From the IMG/VR virus record IMGVR_UViG_3300023179_000042, positions 41,754 to 105,753 of that record: a stretch of 64,000 bases of DNA; one strand, written 5' to 3'. The translations under genes and the position numbers were made by a program. Shown in pieces: positions 1 through 8,031 of this stretch. Numbering within the stretch: position 1 is the first letter of the stretch; the number at the start of each line of letters is the position of its first letter. Under the pieces are notes generated by a model. It did no database searches. It saw only the letters and a program-made list of their open reading frames with translations, and had not been told where the DNA came from. This stretch comes from a virus.

Positions 1-1053
1 GACACCGGGGGCTAGCGAAGCAGTAGCTCTTCCTTGTTCAGTAATTACTTCTCTATTTTGAGCCATGGCTAAAGCCATATCAACACCGGCTGTTCCTAAC
101 TTTTCTTGCATAAACATTAGTGTTGATTTAAAAGCAGCTCGCTGTTCGGGCGGCATTCTAGCAAGAGTAAGCTGGGCATCAGCTGACATTTTTTCTACTT
201 TATTTTTTTCTGCTAATTCTTCTCTACTTTTTCCTGTAATAGCAGCTAGTCTATCTAACTCAATTAGGTAATTGGCCGCCCCCTTGTTTAACGATTCTTG
301 TTGTTCTTTAGTTTTTTTTCCGCCTACGCTAAGACCGGATACATAACTTGCTATTGCATTAGCAGCTTCTTGTCCGCTATATCCTAATGCTCTAATTGTA
401 TTTCCAGCATCGCTATTTCTTATAGATAATGCCATTGAGCTAACTTGTTTGCGACCTTCTTCAACACTACCACCAAAAGTTTTTAAAGTTTCAGAATTTT
501 TTTGAATAAAAGCACTTTGTTCACTTAGTGTCATACCTAATCGCAAAGCTGTTACTCTCATTTCTGTTAAATTACCAGCAAATGTTCCACCAATTTTTGA
601 TATTGATCTATATTGTGCTAGCTCTTCTTCTTTTATCCTAGCAACAGTAGCAAATGCTCCGACTACCAATCCTGCTACAGGATGAATTTTATCAAAAATA
701 CCTTTTAGAGAATCTAATGCTACACTGGCACGACCAGTACCAGCCATGAGCTCTTGTCCAAGTGGCTGTAGCGAGCTACCCCAAGATCTAAGTTGTTCAA
801 CAACTAATCCGGATCCTACCCAGAGTTTCTTAAAAACACCGGCGCCCTGAACAGCCTGTTGTCCAACTTGTTCTAAACCAGCATTTGCGGTATCAACTTG
901 AAGACCACTTTTTGCAACCATCCTCTTGAGTTGATCAAGATTTTGTTTGTTAGCTGCCATTGACGATTGAAGTAGCAATCGTAAGGTTGCTTCAGTAGCC
1001 GCGTTATTAAGCTCTACTCGTTCATTACCAATGTTACCAAAGACTTCAGCCAT
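1..1053 (-). CDS. Tape measure protein, N-terminal part (runs off window edge; missing from ORF track)
   Basis: Hand translation from ATG at 1053: MAEVFGNIGNERVELNNAATEATLRLLLQ...; open to position 1; Ala/Gly-rich helical composition; next to tail assembly genes. Confidence 0.7.
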   Translation of the reverse strand, partial: MAEVFGNIGNERVELNNAATEATLRLLLQSSMAANKQNLDQLKRMVAKSGLQVDTANAGLEQVGQQAVQGAGVFKKLWVGSGLVVEQLRSWGSSLQPLGQELMAGTGRASVALDSLKGIFDKIHPVAGLVVGAFATVARIKEEELAQYRSISKIGGTFAGNLTEMRVTALRLGMTLSEQSAFIQKNSETLKTFGGSVEEGRKQVSSMALSIRNSDAGNTIRALGYSGQEAANAIASYVSGLSVGGKKTKEQQESLNKGAANYLIELDRLAAITGKSREELAEKNKVEKMSADAQLTLARMPPEQRAAFKSTLMFMQEKLGTAGVDMALAMAQNREVITEQGRATASLAPGV

Positions 1054-1076
1054 ATTTTAAGCCAATAATGTATGTA

Positions 1077-1084
1077 TATAAATA
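1077..1084 (+). promoter_or_regulatory. T4-type late promoter TATAAATA
   Basis: Exact T4 late consensus upstream of 1128 ORF (GGAG SD at 1117-1120); phage encodes a gp55 sigma. Confidence 0.7.
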
Positions 1085-1108
1085 ATAGATCAAATAATAA
1101 TCTTATAT

Positions 1109-1116
1109 TATTTATT
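1109..1116 (-). promoter_or_regulatory. Late promoter variant AATAAATA for tape measure gene
   Basis: TAAATA core ~55 nt upstream of ATG 1053. Confidence 0.5.
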
Positions 1117-1127
1117 GGAGACAATTT

Positions 1128-1994
1128 ATGGACCAACCCCAAGCATCGGTAAATCCCTTACTAAATTACATGCGACAACCAAAAATTTACATCACACTTC
1201 CTAGTAATGGCGAGTATTGGCCCGAAGGAAGTTTGGTAAAAACCGAAACTAACGAATATCCAGTCTACAGTATGACTGCCAGAGATGAGTTGATTCTTCA
1301 GATCCCCGACGCCCTAATGAACGGGCAAGGTGTAGTTGATATGATACAGAGCTGTGTTCCTAACATTAAAAATGCCTGGGACGCGCCAAGCATCGACATT
1401 GATCTAATTTTAATTGCTATTAGATTAGCTACTTTTGGTGACAAATACACAGTTCCTTTAAACTTTTCTGACGATCTTGATATGGAGTATCAAGTAAGTT
1501 TAACGGATATTATTCAAACCTTGGCATCGTCAATTAAATGGAATCCAATTATTCCAATTAACGATCAATTAACTATCTATGTTAAACCTTTATCATATCG
1601 TGATATTACTAAAATGACTATTGCTGGTATGGAAACTCAAAAAATAATGGACATAGTGGCAGATGAAAGTCTAAACGAAGAAGATAAGGTTAACCTGTTT
1701 AAAGAAAGTCTAGGCAAATTAACAGCTATTACATTGGGCACTGTTCAGGCATCTATCTACAAAGTTGATACTCCTAATGGAAGTACAACAGATAAAAATC
1801 ATATTGATGAATTTGTTAACAATATTGACAAGGAAATTTTTAACCAAGTTCAACAGCACTTGGAAATGTTAAAAGATATCAATGCTTTGAAACCGATTAA
1901 GATTCCTGTATCTGATGAAATGCGAGAAAAAGGCTACGAAGGCGAATTTGTCGAAGTACCTATTCAATTTGATCCATCAAATTTTTTCGCCTAA
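1128..1994 (+). CDS. T4 gp26-like baseplate hub / tail assembly chaperone
   Basis: P-x-I-Y-I-T-L-P-S N-terminus, MTARDE and DIDLILIAIR motifs typical of the gp26 family; next to tape measure gene. Confidence 0.7.
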   Translation: MDQPQASVNPLLNYMRQPKIYITLPSNGEYWPEGSLVKTETNEYPVYSMTARDELILQIPDALMNGQGVVDMIQSCVPNIKNAWDAPSIDIDLILIAIRLATFGDKYTVPLNFSDDLDMEYQVSLTDIIQTLASSIKWNPIIPINDQLTIYVKPLSYRDITKMTIAGMETQKIMDIVADESLNEEDKVNLFKESLGKLTAITLGTVQASIYKVDTPNGSTTDKNHIDEFVNNIDKEIFNQVQQHLEMLKDINALKPIKIPVSDEMREKGYEGEFVEVPIQFDPSNFFA

Positions 1995-2062
1995 GGCTTT
2001 TGTATCTTGACCCCGAAGCGGTCAAATCAATGATTGAAAAATTTGAAAAAGATACAAAAGCC
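1982..2062 (+). promoter_or_regulatory. Programmed -1 ribosomal frameshift signal
   Basis: T TTT TTC heptamer 1982-1988 in frame, 6-nt spacer, perfect 14-bp stem 1995-2008/2049-2062; -1 frame is open into ORF 2000-2218. Confidence 0.8.
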
Positions 2063-2218
2063 ATTAAAGAAGAATTATTTAAAATGTGTTGGTACCTGAG
2101 AGGCGGACTCAGTTATACCGAAGCTTTAAATTTAAGTTTTGAAGAACGGCAAATTATTGGCAAGATAATTGAAAACAACCTTGAGATAACCAAGGAAACC
2201 GGACAACCGTTCTTTTAA
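2000..2218 (+). CDS. gp51-like / chaperone C-terminal extension, probably reached by frameshift
   Basis: WYLRGGLSYTEALNLSFEER motif; TTG start has no SD and lies inside the 14-bp stem. Confidence 0.65.
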   Translation: MYLDPEAVKSMIEKFEKDTKAIKEELFKMCWYLRGGLSYTEALNLSFEERQIIGKIIENNLEITKETGQPFF

Positions 2219-2219
2219 T

Positions 2220-2960
2220 TTATCTAGAAATTAATTTGCTCAAATAGACTACACGATCGTATTCTTCGTTGTAGCCTCGAACAAGGTTAGGATTATCATC
2301 TTCTGGCGGAGTCACTGCTGGAGCAGCAGGTTTAGCACTTGGTTTTTTGCTCTTTGTTGGCTTGACCGCACTTGCTGCATCTGCTGGAGGCACAGCCGGA
2401 GTTGTAGCTGTACTTGCGGCTGGAGCAGCGGTAGTTGCCGCCGGCTGTGCTGAAATAGCATCTAATTTATCTTTGGCATAGGCTACTACATTTTGTCGAT
2501 CTCTACTTCTAACTTTTTGTACACTTGCCACAGCTTGATCAACTTCTTGTTTGGCCTGACCGGCAGCAACACGATTGCTAGCTGCTGTTACTCCGGTAGC
2601 AGCTGGCGCCGAAACTCCACTAGCGGAACCAGTTGGTGCTCCAGTACCACTCAATGAACTTGCTGGCGCAGTACCACCAGCTGTAGCACCTGAAGCGGAA
2701 CCAGTTGGTGCTCCAGTACCACTCAATGAACTTGCTGGCGCAGTACCACCAGCTGTAGCACCTGAAGCGGAACCAGTTGACGCGGCAGGAGCTGTTTGGG
2801 CACTATCATCCCAACTACCCTTGGCATCTTGGTAACCTTTTTTAACATCTCTTCCAAATGCTTTTAGGCCACCAACTACGTGTCCAGCTGTTTTGCCAAT
2901 AACTGAACCTAGACCTTCGTCTATAGTTTCTTCAAGTACAATAATTTCATTGATTTTCAT
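2220..2960 (-). CDS. Ala/Thr/Pro-rich low-complexity late (probable virion/internal head) protein
   Basis: Likely start MKINEII at 2960; TATAAATA upstream; internal 24-aa repeat. Confidence 0.6.
   Translation of the reverse strand: MKINEIIVLEETIDEGLGSVIGKTAGHVVGGLKAFGRDVKKGYQDAKGSWDDSAQTAPAASTGSASGATAGGTAPASSLSGTGAPTGSASGATAGGTAPASSLSGTGAPTGSASGVSAPAATGVTAASNRVAAGQAKQEVDQAVASVQKVRSRDRQNVVAYAKDKLDAISAQPAATTAAPAASTATTPAVPPADAASAVKPTKSKKPSAKPAAPAVTPPEDDNPNLVRGYNEEYDRVVYLSKLISR
2622..2779. repeat. 72-bp tandem repeat (~2.2 copies), in frame
   Basis: agcggaaccagttg recurs at 2622, 2694 and 2766; encodes TGSASGATAGGTAPASSLSGTGAP. Confidence 0.95.
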
Positions 2961-2987
2961 AGTCTTATCCAAAAAAATGATTAAAGT

Positions 2988-2995
2988 TATTTATA
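2988..2995 (-). promoter_or_regulatory. T4-type late promoter TATAAATA
   Basis: Exact consensus on minus strand, 27 nt upstream of ATG 2960. Confidence 0.7.
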
Positions 2996-3002
2996 AGGAT
3001 TA

Positions 3003-3421
3003 AGGTGAACTTTGTTCACCTGCCCTTTCGCTTGTCGCTCATGGCAAATTTACATCGAAGATGTTTAAGTATCATCTAGATTAAGTGGTCACACTTTGCC
3101 CGCACAGGGCAAAGATTTCTGGGCATCATCTGAGTTGCACAGTCACATAGCGTTAGAGCATTACAGTGGCGGTTGACCGGTACCACGAGCTCAGTCTTTA
3201 TTCAACGGCAGGAGCATACAAATACGCTATCATTCATATGTCCGTTAGGGAATTACCCTTCTTTTTGCCTATTCATTCCTCTTCAAACAACCAAATCGCA
3301 GGTCTTAGTTAGCGATCCTCATCCTTTCGGGTAGTGGTTGAGTACTCTTAGCGGCGAGAGATTTCCGTCCCTGCGACCCGAGGTCCAGGTTTAGAGCACA
3401 CGAACTTGGCCTGTGCGAGCC
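3003..3421 (-). ncRNA. Large structured non-coding RNA candidate of unknown family
   Basis: ORF-free and visibly GC-richer than flanks; about ten helices, a GAAA tetraloop, a 7-bp loop pseudoknot (3224-3230 with 3147-3153); G-U pairs favour the minus strand. Confidence 0.7.
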
Positions 3422-3856
3422 TTAACCGTTTAATTTGCCTTTGATGTGTGAGCCATGGACACGGCACTGGATATGGCCGTTGTAATATTCATCTGATTCT
3501 AAGACTTGGTGTCTAAATTGCTCTCTTGCCTCAATATAACTACATTCTGCTTTAGATTTACAGTAGTAGAGTATTTCTCGTTTAAAATTATCTTTGCCTA
3601 ATTTATTAATATCTTCTGTTAGATTAGGACTGGACCCATAATATTCCTGCCAGTCACTGTCTATTTTGCTACGAATTTTTTTCTTTTTCTTGTTGCCGTT
3701 TTTTAACTTTACTGTTTTGTAGGTTGTTTTACTAAATTTTGCTAATTTTTTGCCTATGTATTTTTTATTATTTGAAATATTTGTTATGATGTAGACAAAC
3801 CCTACACAATCTTCGGGTAGTGCCTCAACTAAAGAATTTTGATAAAACCAAGACAT
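3422..3856 (-). CDS. Stand-alone GIY-YIG endonuclease (Seg-like catalytic domain)
   Basis: GFVYIITNISNNKKYIGKK motif, YYGSS, conserved Glu (YIEARE) and YYN; Lys-rich insertion. Confidence 0.85.
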   Translation of the reverse strand: MSWFYQNSLVEALPEDCVGFVYIITNISNNKKYIGKKLAKFSKTTYKTVKLKNGNKKKKKIRSKIDSDWQEYYGSSPNLTEDINKLGKDNFKREILYYCKSKAECSYIEAREQFRHQVLESDEYYNGHIQCRVHGSHIKGKLNG

Positions 3857-4176
3857 TATGGGTCAACATTTTCGTTCGCACCATTTTTCTTTTTAAATAA
3901 CTGAGTTCGTTGTAACCGATGTTGTCTTTGTTCTCTTCTTAATCTTTTTAATTCTTTCTCACCGTGTAATTTTGTCAAATATGCTTCTCTAATACTAACC
4001 ATCATTTCTTTTTCAAGCTCGCGCATTTCTTTTAGCATACGCCGACAATCTGTACTAGATATTTCACTTACATTGGTTAAAAAAGTCGTGTGTCTGTTAT
4101 AGTAGTTTACTATTAAAGAAACAAATTTGTGATATTGTTCCTTATAATTTTCAAGATGTTGATTAGACATAGTCAA
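3856..4176 (-). CDS. Hypothetical helical/basic protein
   Basis: ORF overlaps both neighbours in the operon. Confidence 0.6.
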   Translation of the reverse strand: MTMSNQHLENYKEQYHKFVSLIVNYYNRHTTFLTNVSEISSTDCRRMLKEMRELEKEMMVSIREAYLTKLHGEKELKRLRREQRQHRLQRTQLFKKKNGANENVDP

Positions 4177-5941
4177 TATCGTTACTATAATTGGTAAAAC
4201 CGTTTTCTTTTATAACTTTCAATACATTGTTAACACGGCCAACCAATTCGTCCTTGTGCGATATTAAGTATATATTCTTATGTCGTTCTCTGGCCATTTT
4301 CTTTAGGACCGCAAGCCCTGCTTCGACACCAGCAGCATCCATTCCGGAGTCCATAAGCTCATCAACAAACAACAAATTAATACTTTGGTAAAGTCCTTCC
4401 CAAACATCTCTAAAGGCAAAACTTAGACTTAGTATTAATCTGTTTCTCTCACCTCTTGACAAATTGTCAAAATCTAAATCTTGTCCAAGTTGTGTGATTT
4501 CAACATTTAAGTCGTTTTGGAAAACAACTCTATGCGGTAGTCCGAGCTTGTCAATGTAGTATCCAAGTCGCTTGTTTAAATAGGTTAAATTTTGATCAAT
4601 AATTTTCTTACGAATAAAGCTATCTTTATTGGTTAAAAGTTTGTGTAAAAATTCTTGATGATCTTTTAGTTTGGTAAGTTCGTTAACAGTATCCCAACTG
4701 ATTTCTTGAATAGCTGTAGTCTTAAGTTCATCAATTTGTTCATTAAAGGGATTTTTTTCTTCTGCTTTAGATATTAGAGTTTTTTCCAAATTTTCTAAAT
4801 TGTTCTTGTGCCCTAGTGCTTCGGCTTCTGTATCGTAGTAGGTGTTAGGACGAGCAGGCATATCACCACTACCGATTTCGTCAACAATCTTTTTAAGATC
4901 CGAGGTTACTTTATTGAAATATGTTTCAGCCTCGAGCAAGTTTTTAACGGCCGTTCCTGACATTTCTTCGTGCTTATGATCGTGTAATGCTTGCTCGCAG
5001 GCAGGGCATGTTTTATTTTTTAATTGGTCAACTTCTCGCATGTACTTGTCGCGGGTTTTTTGAGCCTGCGTAGCTGCGCTTTCTAATGTAGCTTTTTGTT
5101 TGTTGAGGCTTCGGGTCTTGTTGTCGTATTCAAGCCAGGCTTTTAAATCTAGATGTGCCTGGAGTTCTGCTTCTATATCAACATTTTCTAAATTAACAAT
5201 AGCACGACCGAGATTTTCTAATTCTTGTTGATGTTTTTGATCCCAGGCATTACTTTTTAATTGAAGACTATCAATACTTCGTTGAATATTATCATTAGCA
5301 GTTTTAATACCTTGTATTTTGAAATCTTCTTGGCTAATAAGATCTTTAGTTTCTTTAATTAGAACCTTAAGGTTTTCTGCCTTTTCACTTAGTAAGGTAA
5401 TACCAAGAAGCTGTTCAATGATTTCTCGCTGATCAGCAGCCCTCATTGACAAAAAAGGCTCAGTGTAAGTATTAAGGGCTACAAGGTGCTTGAACATAGT
5501 ATGTGTCATTTCGAGCATTTGTTCAATACTTTTTTGTGTTTCTCGACTGTCGCCCTGGCTATCATCCTCTTCTTTGCTATCTTTTAACTGCTGATTATTA
5601 ACGAATAACTTAAGAATATTGGGTTTACGACCACGCTCAATACGATAGATATTATTATTTTTTTCAAACTCAACGGTGACTAACATGTGCTTCCCGTTAA
5701 TCTTGTTGATAAGATTTTCTTTTTTAATATTGGTTAAGGCCTGCCCATATAGGGCGTAGCTTAGTGCGTTGGCAATGGTAGTCTTACCGGTGCCGTTTCT
5801 GCTACCTGTATCGTCGCCACCGAGATCGAGGTTAGCACCAAGAACCAGCGTTAAATGTGAGCGGTCAAAATCTACAGCCTGAGTTTGGTTGCCTACGCTC
5901 AAAAAGTTTTTTACGGTTAATGTCTTTATTTTAAACATCAA
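4163..5941 (-). CDS. gp46: Rad50/SbcC-like recombination ATPase (T4 gp46)
   Basis: Walker A NGTGKTT, zinc hook CPAC, signature LSRGE, Walker B LLFVDE, ISH motif. Confidence 0.95.
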   Translation of the reverse strand: MMFKIKTLTVKNFLSVGNQTQAVDFDRSHLTLVLGANLDLGGDDTGSRNGTGKTTIANALSYALYGQALTNIKKENLINKINGKHMLVTVEFEKNNNIYRIERGRKPNILKLFVNNQQLKDSKEEDDSQGDSRETQKSIEQMLEMTHTMFKHLVALNTYTEPFLSMRAADQREIIEQLLGITLLSEKAENLKVLIKETKDLISQEDFKIQGIKTANDNIQRSIDSLQLKSNAWDQKHQQELENLGRAIVNLENVDIEAELQAHLDLKAWLEYDNKTRSLNKQKATLESAATQAQKTRDKYMREVDQLKNKTCPACEQALHDHKHEEMSGTAVKNLLEAETYFNKVTSDLKKIVDEIGSGDMPARPNTYYDTEAEALGHKNNLENLEKTLISKAEEKNPFNEQIDELKTTAIQEISWDTVNELTKLKDHQEFLHKLLTNKDSFIRKKIIDQNLTYLNKRLGYYIDKLGLPHRVVFQNDLNVEITQLGQDLDFDNLSRGERNRLILSLSFAFRDVWEGLYQSINLLFVDELMDSGMDAAGVEAGLAVLKKMARERHKNIYLISHKDELVGRVNNVLKVIKENGFTNYSNDIDYV

Positions 5942-6951
5942 ATATTTCTATAAATGTCAAGAAGTATATTTTTTTCAAATTGTTCTGATTCAATGTTAAC
6001 TAATTGTTCACTTACAATTTGATCTACACTTTCAAATTTTTGATCAGGATTGTCTTCAACAATTCCTTCGAGATTGATTTTATCTTGTATAAGACTAATT
6101 TCTCTGATGTCAAAGCGACCAGTGAAGTCTTCTTTGATAAAATTGGCTTCTTCGAAGCTAATATCAATATCGAGATTAACTTTTAAGTGCATTTTACTTT
6201 TCATTACTTCAGCTTCTCGATCGATTAAGTCGGAAAGTTTTATTGTTCTGTATTTTGGACAGTTATCCCAATCGATAAATCTTGGCTTTCCGCCCCATTC
6301 CATTACCATCATTCCGCGCTGATCGTCCCAGGTATCGGCAAAATTATGCGGAAAGGCATTGCCGATGTACCAAACACGCCCTTTATTTTGGCGCTTGTGA
6401 AAATGCCCGCTAAAGATATATTCTTGATTGGTAAAGTGATCTGCTTGAAGCTCGCCGTGGTCGGGCATTTGTACCATAGCATTCATCATGAACTGTGGTA
6501 GTTCAAAATGTCCAAACATGTACTTACTGTTTATCTTGCCAATTTCTTTCCATTCGTCACCTACCAACCACGGTACTAAAGCCACATCGTCTATGACGGT
6601 AACATCTTCGACTACAGTGACGCCTGGGATATGCCTACCAAAAATACTAGAATGGATATCGCGCTTGTCCTTAAAAAACAAATCGTGATTACCAGGAAAC
6701 CAGAAAAACTGGTTAAATGCAGCTCCGAGCTTTTCAAGGCACCTAATGCTTGAATCAAGAGTTACAAGATTTAGGCTATTGCGATTGTGGCTCCAATCGC
6801 CTAAAAATATGCCTGTGTCACAATTTTCTTTTTGTGCCTGCTCAATAAACCAATCTACAAACTCTTCGCAGTCTTTCAAGTGTGTAGCTGAGTTTCCTTT
6901 GAGTCCAAAATGTATGTCAGTAAAACAAGCAACCTTTTTAAACAAGGCCAT
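5938..6951 (-). CDS. gp47: Mre11/SbcD-like nuclease (T4 gp47)
   Basis: DIHFG, GDW, GNHD, GHFE and SGHFH metallophosphoesterase motifs; start MALFKK follows an AGGAG SD. Confidence 0.95.
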   Translation of the reverse strand: MALFKKVACFTDIHFGLKGNSATHLKDCEEFVDWFIEQAQKENCDTGIFLGDWSHNRNSLNLVTLDSSIRCLEKLGAAFNQFFWFPGNHDLFFKDKRDIHSSIFGRHIPGVTVVEDVTVIDDVALVPWLVGDEWKEIGKINSKYMFGHFELPQFMMNAMVQMPDHGELQADHFTNQEYIFSGHFHKRQNKGRVWYIGNAFPHNFADTWDDQRGMMVMEWGGKPRFIDWDNCPKYRTIKLSDLIDREAEVMKSKMHLKVNLDIDISFEEANFIKEDFTGRFDIREISLIQDKINLEGIVEDNPDQKFESVDQIVSEQLVNIESEQFEKNILLDIYRNI

Positions 6952-6970
6952 ATAATATTCTCCTGTCAAG

Positions 6971-7000
6971 AGTGTAACAGATTATATACTTGACAGTCAA
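6971..7000 (-). promoter_or_regulatory. Sigma70-like promoter for gp47-gp46-GIY-YIG operon
   Basis: TTGACT-N18-TACACT with TG extension. Confidence 0.5.
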
Positions 7001-7917
7001 GTTTCTTCGGCCTCTTCTTCGCCGGATTCGATTTCGTCAGGCGTATCTTCAGACTTAGGCATTCTAAAGTTTTTGTATAGTTCGGCTTGTCTAGCAGTCT
7101 CTTCTGCGTACTCTTGTTGATTTTGTCTAGTAAGACTTGGCGTTAATCCATTCTGCTCTAGCAAGTCATCTCTAATATTTTGACTTTTCTTTTCGACATT
7201 TAGAATGCGAGTAAAGCTGTTTGTGACTGCCGCAGTATAATAGGCAAATGGATTATCTGACTTTGATTCGTCAAACTGTAGACCAATTTGACTTAATTGT
7301 AGTATTGCCTGCCCCTTCATCTCGTCGATATAGGTATAACCACGCCAGTTACTACGCTGAGCATAACGCTCACTTAACTTGATAAACATCTTACCTAAGT
7401 TTTCAGTAATGCGACCGTGATCCTTGCTAAACTTACCAGTCTTAATTCCGCCCTGCCAATGACTTTTACCTACACAGACTAATTCATTGGTTTCATTAAA
7501 CTTCCAATGTTGAAATGGGGGAAAATTAACTCTGTCATGTGCGTCAGAAGTACTTTTAACAGTTTTCTTTCTACCAGGAGCAGCCGGTATATGATCAAAT
7601 GTCATTATACGAATGACAATATCAGTTTTAGCAATTGTTTTGTAATCTGGCGTAACATCGAGCAATTTTGTTTTTTTATCGCCCGTGGCTCTTGCTTGAG
7701 CAAAGGCTTCGAGCCCTATTCTCTTAGCACGATTACGCTTTGCCTCTGCTATTGTTCTTATGTTGATTTTATCTAGGTTAGGAAGAATAATATCGTATTG
7801 ATGATATTCTGCTTTAACAAAGCTCGAAAATGAACATTTGCTACGATGTATTTCTGTTAGCAGGTCTTTATTGTTTAGATATTTTACTTTTCTTGGTGCT
7901 GGAAGCAAGGTGGTCAT
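6997..7917 (-). CDS. gp55: Late transcription sigma factor (T4 gp55-like)
   Basis: YLNNKDLL, NWRGYTYIDEM and FDESKSDNPFAYYT motifs; gp55-gp47-gp46 gene order. Confidence 0.85.
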   Translation of the reverse strand: MTTLLPAPRKVKYLNNKDLLTEIHRSKCSFSSFVKAEYHQYDIILPNLDKINIRTIAEAKRNRAKRIGLEAFAQARATGDKKTKLLDVTPDYKTIAKTDIVIRIMTFDHIPAAPGRKKTVKSTSDAHDRVNFPPFQHWKFNETNELVCVGKSHWQGGIKTGKFSKDHGRITENLGKMFIKLSERYAQRSNWRGYTYIDEMKGQAILQLSQIGLQFDESKSDNPFAYYTAAVTNSFTRILNVEKKSQNIRDDLLEQNGLTPSLTRQNQQEYAEETARQAELYKNFRMPKSEDTPDEIESGEEEAEET

Positions 7918-7945
7918 ATTATTGTGGTTATTCCTTTTTGTTGTT

Positions 7946-7973
7946 ATTTTACAACAAATGTAGCGTTTGTCAA
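7946..7973 (-). promoter_or_regulatory. Sigma70-like promoter upstream of gp55
   Basis: TTGACA-N16-TAAAAT. Confidence 0.55.
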
Positions 7974-8031
7974 CCGAAGATATTAAACTAGTAGTTTATT
8001 TATTGGTTAAATACGGATATAGGATATTAAA

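Noticed and set aside
65-271. 68-aa plus-strand ORF
   Set aside because: Antisense to the tape measure reading frame
2622-2779. CRISPR-like array
   Set aside because: Contiguous in-frame coding repeats with no unique spacers
3003-3421. RNase P RNA, tmRNA or group I/II intron identity for the structured element
   Set aside because: GACGGAAATCTC only loosely resembles RNase P GAGGAAAGUCC and has no P4 partner; no tRNA-like ends or tag ORF; no P7 or domain V consensus; flanking genes are not interrupted
3422-3856. Ordinary mobile homing endonuclease
   Set aside because: Not excluded, but it has no DNA-recognition domain or host intron and is coupled into the operon, so it is not called a mobile element
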